The notes under the pieces are model-generated. The model was not told the DNA's origin. It saw only the letters and a list, made by a program, of their open reading frames with translations, and did no database searches. Positions 53,183 to 64,000 of a DNA stretch of 64,000 nt are shown in pieces. The stretch covers positions 50,096,001 to 50,160,000 of the forward strand of contig OX597829.1 in assembly GCA_951406725.2 (NCBI GenBank), in the 5' to 3' direction. The DNA comes from Octopus vulgaris. Lineage: Eukaryota. The position numbers were made by a program, and so were the translations under genes. Positions within the stretch are counted from its first letter, which is position 1, and every line of letters begins with the position of its first letter.

Positions 53183-54408
53183 CACACTTGGCATTAGGAA
53201 GGATTGGCGTTAGGAAGGGCATCCAGCTGTAGAAGCACTGCAAAATCAGACTGGAGCCTGGTGCAGCCTTCTGGCTTCCCAGATCCCCGGTTCAACTGTC
53301 CAACCCATGCTAGCATGGAAGACAGACGTTAAACAATGATGATGATGATGATGATGATGCAGCGTGGAAGGTGTTTGTAAGCCATTTAAGAAACACACAA
53401 AAACCGTTAGATTCACTTCAACATTTAAATTTAATTTGTCAAAATATCTTCGTCGCTTTCAGACCGCGACCTGTTCACTGACAAAATTCCGTGCTGCATA
53501 TACACATTTATAAAATTATACACACACACACACACACACAACATTTCAATCCTTGTCTAATATTTTTTCCCACAAAATTATCAACACTGACACACAGACC
53601 ACATCGTAGAAAAAAAAAGGAAAGTGAGATATAATTTGTGCCAATTATACATACAATTATTGATGCAATTATGTTATTAAATACTTATCAGAAACTAGCA
53701 AAATTTATGTGTTAGAGCAAAAAAAAAAAAAAAAAGAATACTAATTAACAAACTGTTCTATCAATCTAATTGAAGGTCAGTAAAATATGTAGAACTTCTG
53801 CAAATTTCAGCTTGAAACTTTATGATTATAATTGAGCACATATTAATGAGGAAAACCATTATTTACAGAATAGTGCACTAGTAACAGTATCAGAGCATTG
53901 GTCAGAATGCCTTGTGATATTTAGTTCCTGTTATGCATTCAAATTTTTCCAAGGTCAGCTTTGCCTTTTGCCCTTCTGAGGGTCAATGACAAAAAAAAAA
54001 ATAATTAATGAAGTGAAATTCTTGAGCCACTTTCAATGTTTTTTCACATGTCTTTTTTATTAACTGATGATATATATATATATATATATATTGGTTGAGA
54101 ATATATATATATATATATACCATCCGATCGTGGCCATTCGCCAGCCTCATCTGGCACCTGTGTCGGTGGCACATAAAAACACCATCCGAGCGTGGCCGTC
54201 TGCCAGCCTCGTCTGGCACTGTGTCGGTGGCACATAAAATCACCCACTACACTCTCGGAGTGGTTGGCGTTAGGAAGGGCATCCAGCTGTAGAAACACTG
54301 CCAGATCTGACTGGCCTGGTGCAGCCTTCAGGCTCCTCAGACCCCAGTTGAACCGTCCAACCCATGCTAGCATGGAAAGCGGACGTTAAATGATGATGAT
54401 GATGATGA

Positions 54409-54457
<49 letters not shown>

Positions 54458-54494
54458 TATATACATACATACATATATATATTGGTTGAGAATA

Positions 54495-56068
54495 TATGTT
54501 TCTTTATTAGCCACACAGGGCTGAACACAGAGGGGACAAAATACAAAGTAGAGCTTTTCTTTTTGGAAAGGAAAGAAAAAAAAAGGGGTGTTAGAATTTC
54601 AATCAAAAGGGATTGTGGTAGAAAAAAAAAACGATCAATAGGGATTGTGTATCACAGAAGTGTCATAGTGTAAAATTGGAAACAGATTAGGTTTATCCGT
54701 GGAAAAAAAGCCTATGGAAAGAAACCACGGTAACCTCGAGCAATAATGTCATGCAAAAAACACATTACAGTAAGTGACTCTCTTTTTTCCTTTCTTTTTC
54801 TGGTTCTTAGGATTATGTTCAAGCTGGCTCCGTCGTTCACATGTGCCATCCTTGCTACATTCACCCATCTTTTTTTGAAACATTCACTAGACAAAACTTG
54901 CCTCTCTACTCTCACCTTCCTCTTCAAGTGATACTTGAAGAAGTTGATGAGGGATTCACCAGAGAGGAAAGTGTTTGTCTCTAGACCTTTCAGACGTGTC
55001 CGCCAGATACATTCTTTCGCCATAGCCACAAGTATGATGAAAATGGCTCTTCCTTTCCATTTCAAGGAAGGAGGCGCGACAATAGTCGTGATAGACTCAG
55101 TTGATAAACTGACTTGTCCCACACGTGATAGCAGTTGTTCGACATAGGCCCTCAGGTCAGAAATGGTTGGACACTGTACGAGTGCATGCAGAACGGTTTC
55201 ATTGCTCTGACTGCATCTCGGGCAGGTCGGCCCCGTGCTTCTCGATCCATGTCTGTAGAGCTAATCCCAAATGGGTAGCGCTTCTCGATATCACAGGCAG
55301 GCAAGGGATCTTTGGAGGTTGTTCATAGGTCCTGGCCCGAAAGTTGTCTTGAACAGGCAGGTCAGGTATTCCTAGTCAACGTTCAGGTTTGCCCCTAAAT
55401 CATCGCCATACCTCCCCTCCACTAATCCCCTATACAATGCTTTGGTTGTGTTGAAGTCACTCAAGGTCGACCCAGAATGGCATAGTTGCTTGAGAGCAAT
55501 GCGACACTCATGTGCCATTTGCCCTTCCTCAGCCTCTTTTTGATCCATAACTGCAGTTTGGTCATGGAGATGACCTGCGGGAAGGCGCACCTGTTCACCA
55601 CTGTCTATGTAGAGCCGGAGATGTCGCAGTATCAGTACGTGTCTGCACATCATCAACCATGGCATGCCCAGCCCCCACTTTTAATGGGTGTTGACAGCAA
55701 ATGGATCACCTGACCATCGGGATGCATCCTTTCCACAAGAAGCGAAAGAGAATGCATTCTAGTTTGGTGATGGTAGGATCGGGACAAGGCACAATGGTCA
55801 GGTGGTAGTTGATGATGGAAGTGATGTACGTGTTCGCCACCTCCACCCAACCTTTTAGGGACAGCTTCCTCTCAGCCCATTGCCAGGCAAGAGTGACCGC
55901 CCTACTGGTTATTTCATTCCAGTTCTTCTCCATTTGGAGATATGGACCAAATCAGACCCTGAGCAACTTGACTGGACCATCGGTCCAGCGTCCCATGACA
56001 GAGGTGCTGGTGAATGGCATGGGCTTGCTTCTCCAGGTGCCGAGCCGCAAGCCCGCTGACTTTTCCTG
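54495..56068 (-). mobile_element. Tx1/L1-clade LINE, 5'-truncated (ORF2 C-terminus with zinc finger, plus 3' UTR)
   Basis: FGPYLQMEKNW...WAERKLSLKG, GGWA, CPRC..S.ETVLHALVQCP and AKECIWRTR motifs; frameshifts; aataaa at the 3' end. Confidence 0.85.
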
Positions 56069-56340
56069 ATATCAGTTAAGCAGCAGAGGAATTAGATGTC
56101 ATTTGCAAGAAAGAAGATTGCATTGGTTTGGTCATGTGATGCAGATGGATGAAGACAGTTGCACAAAGAGGTGCTGATCACTTACAGAGGAGGGAACTAG
56201 GGGAACAGAGAGACCCCAGGAAGGCATGGGACAAAGTATTGAAGGCCGACCACAGGGCGCTGAGTCTTATAAAGGAGATGACTAAGGACCACAATATCTG
56301 GCCCCTCAAGAACACCTGCCCAACACAGCAGAACTGTTAA
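56069..56340 (+). mobile_element. RTE LINE 3' fragment
   Basis: QERRLHWFGHVMQMDEDSC...RPRKAWDKVLK.D. Confidence 0.75.
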
Positions 56341-57339
56341 TACTCTCCTCCCTGCTGAAGAGCTCTCATACCAGTCCATGTAAAAAAGCACTTGTGCTGA
56401 CGCCGCATAAAAAACCCCCAGCAAAGTCTGTAAAATATTGAAAGAGATCGTTCATGACACCCTAAATGTTATACAGTAGGCAACTAATATTGTTTAAGGA
56501 AAATGTTAAGAAATTAATGCATGGACATGTATACTGACAGAAATCAATACAATACAAGGAAATGCAAAATAGTTTTTAATATGAAGATCAATAGCATCTT
56601 GATTATCATAGTGTGTTTGACACTTTCCTCAAAGAATATACAAAGAAATTCTACATAATAATAATATATATTTCTTTATTGCCCACAGGGGGCTAAACAT
56701 AGAGGGGACAAACAAAGACAGACAAAAGGATTAAGTCGATTACATCGACTCCAGTGCGTAACTGGTACTTTATTTATTGACCCCGAAAGGATGAAAGACA
56801 AAGTCGACCTCGGCAGAATTTGAACTCAGAACATAGCGACAGGCAAAATACCGCTAAGTATTTCGCCCCATGTTCTAACGCTTCTGCCAGCTCACCACCT
56901 TATATAATATACATAATAATAATATAATCTTAAAATGTTGATCAAACAAGATTAAAATAATTCAATACTTTGTAATGGTATATCATTTATTTTATTTTTT
57001 ATCTTTTACATGTTTCAGTCGTTGGACTGTGGCCATACTGGGGCACTGCCCTGAAAGGGTTTTAGTTGAACAAATTGACTCTTGTACTTATCTTTTTTTT
57101 AAGCCTAGTACTTATTCTCTCAGTCTCTTTTTGCCAAACCATTTAGCTATGGGGTTGTAAACAAACTAACACCGTCTGTCAAACATTGATAGAGGACAAA
57201 CAGAAATACAAAGACATACATATATACATTCATGTATACATCTGTACATATATATAAATATAGCGTATGTTAGTGTGTGTGTGTGTGTTTGTTTCAGAGA
57301 GAAAGAGAGAGAGAGAGAGAGAGAAGAATGTACATCTCA

Positions 57340-58282
57340 TTGTTTCAGTCATGTGACTGCAGCCATGCTGGAGCACCGCCTTTAGTCGAGAAAATCGACC
57401 CCAGGACTTAGTCTTTGCAAGCTTAGTACTTATTCTATCAGTCACTTGTTGCCGAACCGCTAAGTTATGGGGACGTAAACACACCAGCATCGATTGTCAA
57501 GCAATATTGGGGGGACAAACACAGACACACAAACACGTACATTATATATATATATATATAAAACCCGTGGCCTCTACCTGGGATGTAGCCAGCCCACTTA
57601 TGCATACCGTTCCTTCTTGTGACACAAACCCTACGTGTGAAGACCTGTTGAGGCAAGTGAAAATCAAAATCGAAATCGAAATCTTTCAACATCAATGGAA
57701 ATTGTAGCTGAGATACCAGTGCCAGTGGCACATAAGAGAACCGTCCGAACGTGGCCGTTGCCAGCGCCACCCCGACTGGCCTCCGTGCCGGTGGCATGTA
57801 AAAAGCACCATCCGATTGTGGCCGTTGCCAGCCTCGTCTGGCCCCCGTGCCGGTGGCACGTAAAAAGCACCATCTGATCGTGGCCGTTTGCCAGCCTCGT
57901 CTGGCACCTGTGCTGGTGGCATGTAAAAGCACCCACTACACTCTCGGAGTGATTGGCATTCGGAAGGGCATCCAGCTGTAGAAACTCTGCCAGATCAGAC
58001 TGGGCCTGGCACAGCCTTCTGGCTTCCCAGACCCCAGTTGAACCGTCCAACCCATGCTAGCATGGAAAACGGACGTTAAACGATGATGATGATATATATA
58101 TATATATATATATATATACACGACAGGCTTCTTTCAGTTTCCGTCTACCAAATCCACTCACAAGGCTTTGGTCAGCCCAAGGCTATAGTAGAAGACACTT
58201 GGCAAAGGTGCCACGCAGTGGGACTGAACCCAGAACCATGCGGTTCATAAGCAAACTACTTACCACACAGCCACTCCTACAC
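57340..58282 (-). mobile_element. Main-family SINE split by a (GAT)n-tailed retroposon (57560-58092, + strand) inserted in its internal TA tract
   Basis: The two SINE halves flank the insert. Confidence 0.75.
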
Positions 58283-59286
58283 CTTTTGCTCATTAGTAAC
58301 ATCAGACTTTGAGTTAGAATGATTCCAAGATGCAGACCAGTTTGGAAAAGAAGGATTGGAAAGTTTCAGAATCCTTCAGGAGAAATAACTTATAGTATTT
58401 TTTTTCCCTGTTTCAAATCTCACCCAAGTCAGCTTTGCTTTTTCGTCCTTCTGGGTCAATAAATAAAATATGAATTAAAAGTAATGGAGTAGTGGAATCA
58501 TTCATGAGTGCTGAGTGATATTTGCTCGGGCCCTTTGCATTGTGGGTTCAAATCCTAATGTAGCCTACAAGGGCACTAGACTCTATCCATTTCTCACTTT
58601 ACTACCACTCCTTTGGGTGTGTTTAGTAAATTCGAGTCAGTTGGAAGCATTCAAGCTAGGTCTCTGGCTTGAGAGTACTTTCATTCCTCCCTCCCTCCCC
58701 ACTTACCTGTCTTCGAAACCTGTAAAGTGATACCTCTTTTTCTCATCACTAAGCAATAAAAAAATCTGGATGAAATTTAATGCCAAATGTCTTGAATTCA
58801 TAAATATTATAGAGTTATACAGTAGTATCTGAAGGCTCATGGCTCAGTGGTTAGAGTATCAGGCTCACAATTATGAGGTAGTGAGTTCGATTGCCAGACT
58901 AGGCTGTATATTGTGTTCTTGAGCAAGGCACTTTATTTCACATTACTCCAGTTCATTCAGCTGTAGAAATGAATTGCAATGACACTGGTTCCAAGCTGTA
59001 TAAGCCTTTGTCTTTCCCTTGGAATAACACTGGTGGTGTGGAGAGGGGAGGCTGGTATGGGAGGGGGTATTGCTGATCTTCCATGAACAAATTTGCCCAG
59101 ACTTGTGCCTGAGAAGGGAACTTTCTAAGTGCAATCCCATAGTCATTCATGACCAAAGGGGATTGCTCTACAATAGTATCTTAACCCCCTTTCCCTACAA
59201 CCAGATAAAACCCAAGAAATGCTGAGAATTGATGAATAAACTCGTCTGTAACTGTTTTTGAAATTATATGTTTTGGAAAAATTTAC

Positions 59287-59296
59287 TTATCGCACT
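59287..59296 (-). CDS. CEP104: Probable 10-nt micro-exon of CEP104 (xAG TGC GAT AA)
   Basis: Minus strand reads ttgtcttttcag|AGTGCGATAA|gtaaat. The terminal AA plus the first C of the 46137 exon gives Asn, yielding C-D-N-T-C-I-F-C-G-E. Confidence 0.6.
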
Positions 59297-59571
59297 CTGA
59301 AAAGACAAATTGGGTGAAGATAAGTAAGGGGTTGCCCTTAACCACAAAAAGTGTTGTGCCTGATCACAGAATAAATCATAAAATGATAATGGTATATGCA
59401 CAGGCCTGCTTCTGTGGGTAAGTAGTTTGGTTCCCAAGCACGTGGTCTCAGGTTCAGTCTCACTGGTACAACACCCTGGTAAAGTGTTTTCCACTATAGC
59501 CCCAAGTAAAGTGGATTTGGTGTAAGGAAACTGAAAGAACCCATCATGCCTGCACAGAAAACAAAAGTTAA

Positions 59572-59606
<35 letters not shown>

Positions 59607-59717
59607 ATATAAAATGGCAATTTCAGTCTGTCTGTCCATCTGTCTGTTACCAACTTAGTGCCTAAAGCACTGAGCCAATATTCACGAAACTTTGCATACA
59701 TGTGACACAAACATCTA

Positions 59718-60031
59718 TTAGGTCATCCCATAAGTTCTGCCAGAATTTTGAATAAAGAAAACAAGTGATTAAATGTTATATTTGATTGAAATTTAATCAC
59801 CAATGTACTTTCCCTGATTATCTATGACTTCTTTCCATCTATTTACAAGCTTTTTAATCCCATCAATGTAAAACTCTTTTGGTTTCAAAGCGAAGAACTC
59901 TGAAATGTCAGTTTCGACCTCCTCTTGGCTTCTGAAAGTTATGTCCCCCAAATGAGTCTGTATACTATGAAACAAATGGTAGTCTGAAGGAGCAAGGTCG
60001 GGAGAATAAAGTGGATGAGGAATTTATTCCC
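59718..60031 (-). mobile_element. Mariner (D,D34D-type) transposase 3' relic with one TIR
   Basis: PHPLYSPDLAPSDYHLF...FYIDGIKKLVNRWKEVIDNQGKYI; terminus TA|ttaggtcatcccata. Confidence 0.88.
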
Positions 60032-61555
60032 ATGTGTGTGTCATATCCTATAACTGTCTGTCACTCTACTCTTGTAGGGTCTTCCCTGTTGCTGTCACAT
60101 ATTGCGAAACTTTAAAATTATGTCTAAATTTTCAAATCCAATATATTGAAATAATTTTCCACATTCAATCCAATCTTGTTATTTATTTGTTACAAAAATC
60201 CAGTTGAATTATAGGTAAATTGGATTTCAATAAAAATCTATAATGGGCCCCCTAGAGATGGGGGCTGTAGCAACTGTTTACAAATCAGCTATGATAAGCT
60301 GCGACACGCGACAACGCCAGCTACAAAACGTGGACTATTTCTCAATGCATTTGTAAATCTATCAGTTTATCTAATTTATTTTACTCAGAGGCATATTCGT
60401 TTGTTAAAATAATATAGTAACATTCCTTAGTCGCCCGCTAATCGAATTAATAGTTTGTAATATCTATTCTTAGCAATAAACTATTACCATAAATGATGGG
60501 CTGTGCTTAAAGACGGGAACTGAACAGAAACGGATTAGGACATGGACCAGTGCAATAGTAACCGGGCACTGGGGATAACACCCCACTTTCCCAGGATTAC
60601 CAGTTTACTCATTTATTTTACTCAGATACATATTCGTTTGTTAAAATAATATAGGGACATTCATTATTCACCCACTAATCGTATTTGTAATACTTATTTT
60701 TAGCAATAAACAATTACCATAAAAGTTAATAAAATATTTAATGGCTTAATTACACCTGATTCTAAAATCTATATTTTGACACAGGATTGGGGACAGGAAT
60801 GGGAGCGGAACTAAAACGGGAACTGAACAGGTAACGGGATAGGACATAAAACAGTGTAATGGGAATAGGAACTGGAAATAACCCCCTGCTTTTCTGGGCA
60901 TTACTGGGTAATTCAGCTATAATTATATATGTGTGTGTTTGTGTTGTGTTTATTCTGTACCACAGCTTGACAACCAGTGTTGATTTGTTTACATCCTGTA
61001 ACCTAACAGTTCAGCAAAAGACACCGATAGAACAAGAACCAGGCTTTAAAATAAAAAATAAAAAATTACTGGGGTCGATATGTTCAACTAAAAACCCTTC
61101 GAGGCAGTACTCCAGCATGGCCACAGTTCAATGACCAAAACAAGTAGAACGTAAACAGATAAGAGATGAAGATGTAATAACCCTTTCTTTTATATGCACA
61201 AGGCCTGGATTTTGAGAGGAGGGGGACGGTTGATTACATCGACCCCCCCCCCAGTACTCAACTGATACTTAATTTATCAACACCCAAAGGGATGAAAGGC
61301 AAAGTCGACCTCAGTAGAATTTTAAGTGGAGATGTAATAATGTCACAAATAATCTGTTTCAAAGTAAAAATATTAATTCTAGACTAAAAGACATATTGGC
61401 AAAATACAATAGCATTGCTAAAGATACCAATCACAGACATGATAGAAGCAAAACACATAACAAATAACATAACATGCAAGTGTATAAATTTATTGAAATA
61501 TTTTGCTCATGCTGGTTGGTTTTTTTTTTTCAATCTTTTAGCATTGACTAGCGTT

Positions 61556-61717
61556 GGCGTAGGAGTGGCTGTGTGGTAAGTAGCTTGCTTACCAACCACA
61601 TGGTTCCGGGTTCAGTCCCACTGCAGGGCACCTTGGGCAAGTGTCTTCTACTATAGCCGTGGGCTGACCAAAGCCTTGTGAGTGGATTTGGTAGACGGAA
61701 ACTGAAAGAAGCCTATC

Positions 61718-61752
<35 letters not shown>

Positions 61753-61975
61753 TGTGTGTGTATATGTTTGTGTGTCTGTGTTTGTCCCTCCCACCCCAAC
61801 ATTGCTTGACAACCGATGCTGGTGTGTTTATGTCCCCGTAACTTAGCAGTTCGGCAAAAGCGACCGATAGAATAAGTACTAGGCTTACAAAGAATAAGTC
61901 CTGGGGCCGATTTGCTAGACTAAAGGCAGTGCTCCAGCATTGCCACAGTCAAATGACTGAAACAAGTAAAAGAGT
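61556..61975 (+). mobile_element. Main-family SINE, full length
   Basis: Near-consensus copy; another copy on the minus strand at 63235-63585. Confidence 0.82.
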
Positions 61976-62080
61976 ATATCCAATCAAAATATTCCATCTG
62001 TTTTATGTTCAAATTAACCAGATCTGGTCTCTCACACATGCCCTAGAATGTCATTCTAAAACTAAATAATCATATCATTA

Positions 62081-62985
62081 CGAGGTGGTATCAAAAGGTC
62101 TCCAGACTAGTTATGTTTAATAAAAAATAACTTATTTACCTAAGTTTTAACATCATTTTCTTTGAAATAGTTACCTAGCACAGCAATATACCAGTTCCCA
62201 TGTTCCTGACACTTGGAATCTGTCCTAGAAGTCGTTTTCCATAAGTAAGTCAAGAACTATCTGGATCTTGACAATGGTGACCTTTGGGATGCATTTTCAT
62301 CTTGGGGTAAAAGTGAAACTCTGCAGGTGGTAAATCTGGTGAACAGGGGAGCTGTAGAAGTGATACCATGTTGTTTTTGGTGAGAAACTCACAAGTGGGG
62401 AGAGCTCGGTGACAGGGTGTATTGTCATTGTGAAGAATCCAATTCTTTGTGATCCACAGATCCAGTCACTTTCACCAAATGTCCTCCCTCAAACACTCCG
62501 TAAACATTGCAGTAGAACTCTCAAGTGACTAATCCTGGAGGATGAATTCTTAATGCACAAAACCACATTTCTGGGAGTGATGCTTGTGACAAGACTTCCA
62601 GATTGCTCATCATCTTCCAGGGACGTTCTTTCGCTTTTGAAGTCTTCCGTGCCACTTGAAACATTGCATACGACCCATTGCCTCATCACCATAAGCTTAC
62701 TGAAACATGCTCAATGTCATGGTAGCAGACTTCCCAAATTTAACACAAAATTTCACGTTGGTTTTTTTTCTTTTTGTTCCAGTCCAGGACAAAAAAAATC
62801 ACAGACTACAGTATACACATGATCACAAAAACACAAATTTCACAACTTGTGAAGTAAACATAGCGATATCACTAGGCATACTGTCTCATGAAGGTTACTG
62901 CTAGCTCTCACTGTGCACGCAACAGTGTGCTGCCATCTGTTGGCATGCTATAGAATTAGCCCAGGTTCGTTTTAATACCATCTTG
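62081..62985 (-). mobile_element. Degenerate mariner element nested in a piggyBac-like repeat
   Basis: TIR cgaggtggtatcaaaa / ttttaataccatcttg, TA TSD, and FKSERTSLEDDEQSG..VTS.T..NV transposase remnant. Confidence 0.75.
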
Positions 62986-64000
62986 TAAAATCCCAAAGCT
63001 ATGAAAACAATGTGAATAAATAAGCATTACATTTGACAGAGTAATCTCAGTGTTAAAGGGTAGACCTTTTAGCATTTAATCCAGCCACATCCAACCCAAA
63101 TATTCTACCTGTTTTGTGTTCAAACCAGCCATATCCAGCCTCTCACACCTACTCTACAATGTCATTTGAGAATTAAATAATCACATCATTAAAATCTCTC
63201 AGCTACAAGATAATTCTTACTTTCTTTCTTTTATTCTTTTATTTGTTTCAGTCGTTTGTCTGCAGCCATGCTGGAGCACTGCCTTTACTCAAGCAAATCA
63301 ACCCCAGGACTTATGTTTTGTAAGCCTAGTACTTATTCTATCAGTCTCTCTTGCCAAACTGCTAAACACACCACCATCGGTTGTCAAGGGATGTTGGGGG
63401 GACAAACACAGACACACAAACATATACATATATATACATATATATACAATGGGCTTCTTTCAGTTTCCATCTACCAAATCCACTTACAAGTCTTTGGTCG
63501 GCCTGATGCTAAAATTGAAGACACTTGCCCTAGGTGTCACGCAGTGGGACTGAACCCGGAACCATGTGGTTGGTAAGCAAGCTACTTTATTTTAAAAGAT
63601 TTTTATTTTATCTAATTTGCCACAGGGGCATTACACAGATGTAGCTTTGCGGGCTGGACATAGACATTAATGGTATGAATGATGGTGATGGAACGAAGAT
63701 GATGATGGGAGAAGATGAAAGCGCCTGCCGACTTCCGCTTCTCTAAAACAATGTTCTTTTTTCAACAAATCATAATGAGGCAATGAACCTCTTACAATGT
63801 TCCTTCAAAATATACAGAAAGTTCAGGTCACCCGGCCGACCAGCTCTCTTGCTTTATTGAAGCACTCAGCCGGTTCCAGGCAAGACCACACAGGTACAAA
63901 TCTATAGGCGTCCTCTGGGAAGGAATTCACGATCCTGCACAGATGGCTATCCCATAGGACCTCCGCAGCCACCTGCGAAGGCCACTCAGGGTCCTCCGTG

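Overview
AT-rich, repeat-dense eukaryotic DNA. The SINE/LINE/microsatellite repertoire points to an octopus (coleoid cephalopod) genome; this is inference. One host gene is recognisable: the 3' part of CEP104 (ciliary/centriolar protein, C-terminal zinc-finger array) on the minus strand. It has four phase-consistent exons (46137-46029, 37573-37435, 36350-36195, 32530-32442) plus a probable 10-nt micro-exon (59296-59287); its 5' part lies beyond the window. Most of the rest is tRNA-derived SINEs, LINE relics (RTE, CR1, Tx1/L1, R4/Dong-like), a Penelope-like (PLE) RT relic, a solo LTR, Helitrons, Tc1/mariner, hAT and piggyBac-like MITEs, and microsatellites. Most short ORFs in the track are microsatellite or SINE artefacts. 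The most notable signal is a set of non-coding elements that carry minimal type I hammerhead ribozyme motifs and/or long fold-back inverted repeats, often in (TA)n tracts. One family fuses a tRNA-like Pol III head to a hammerhead-bearing tail. All calls were made by eye with no database searches; repeat boundaries are approximate.
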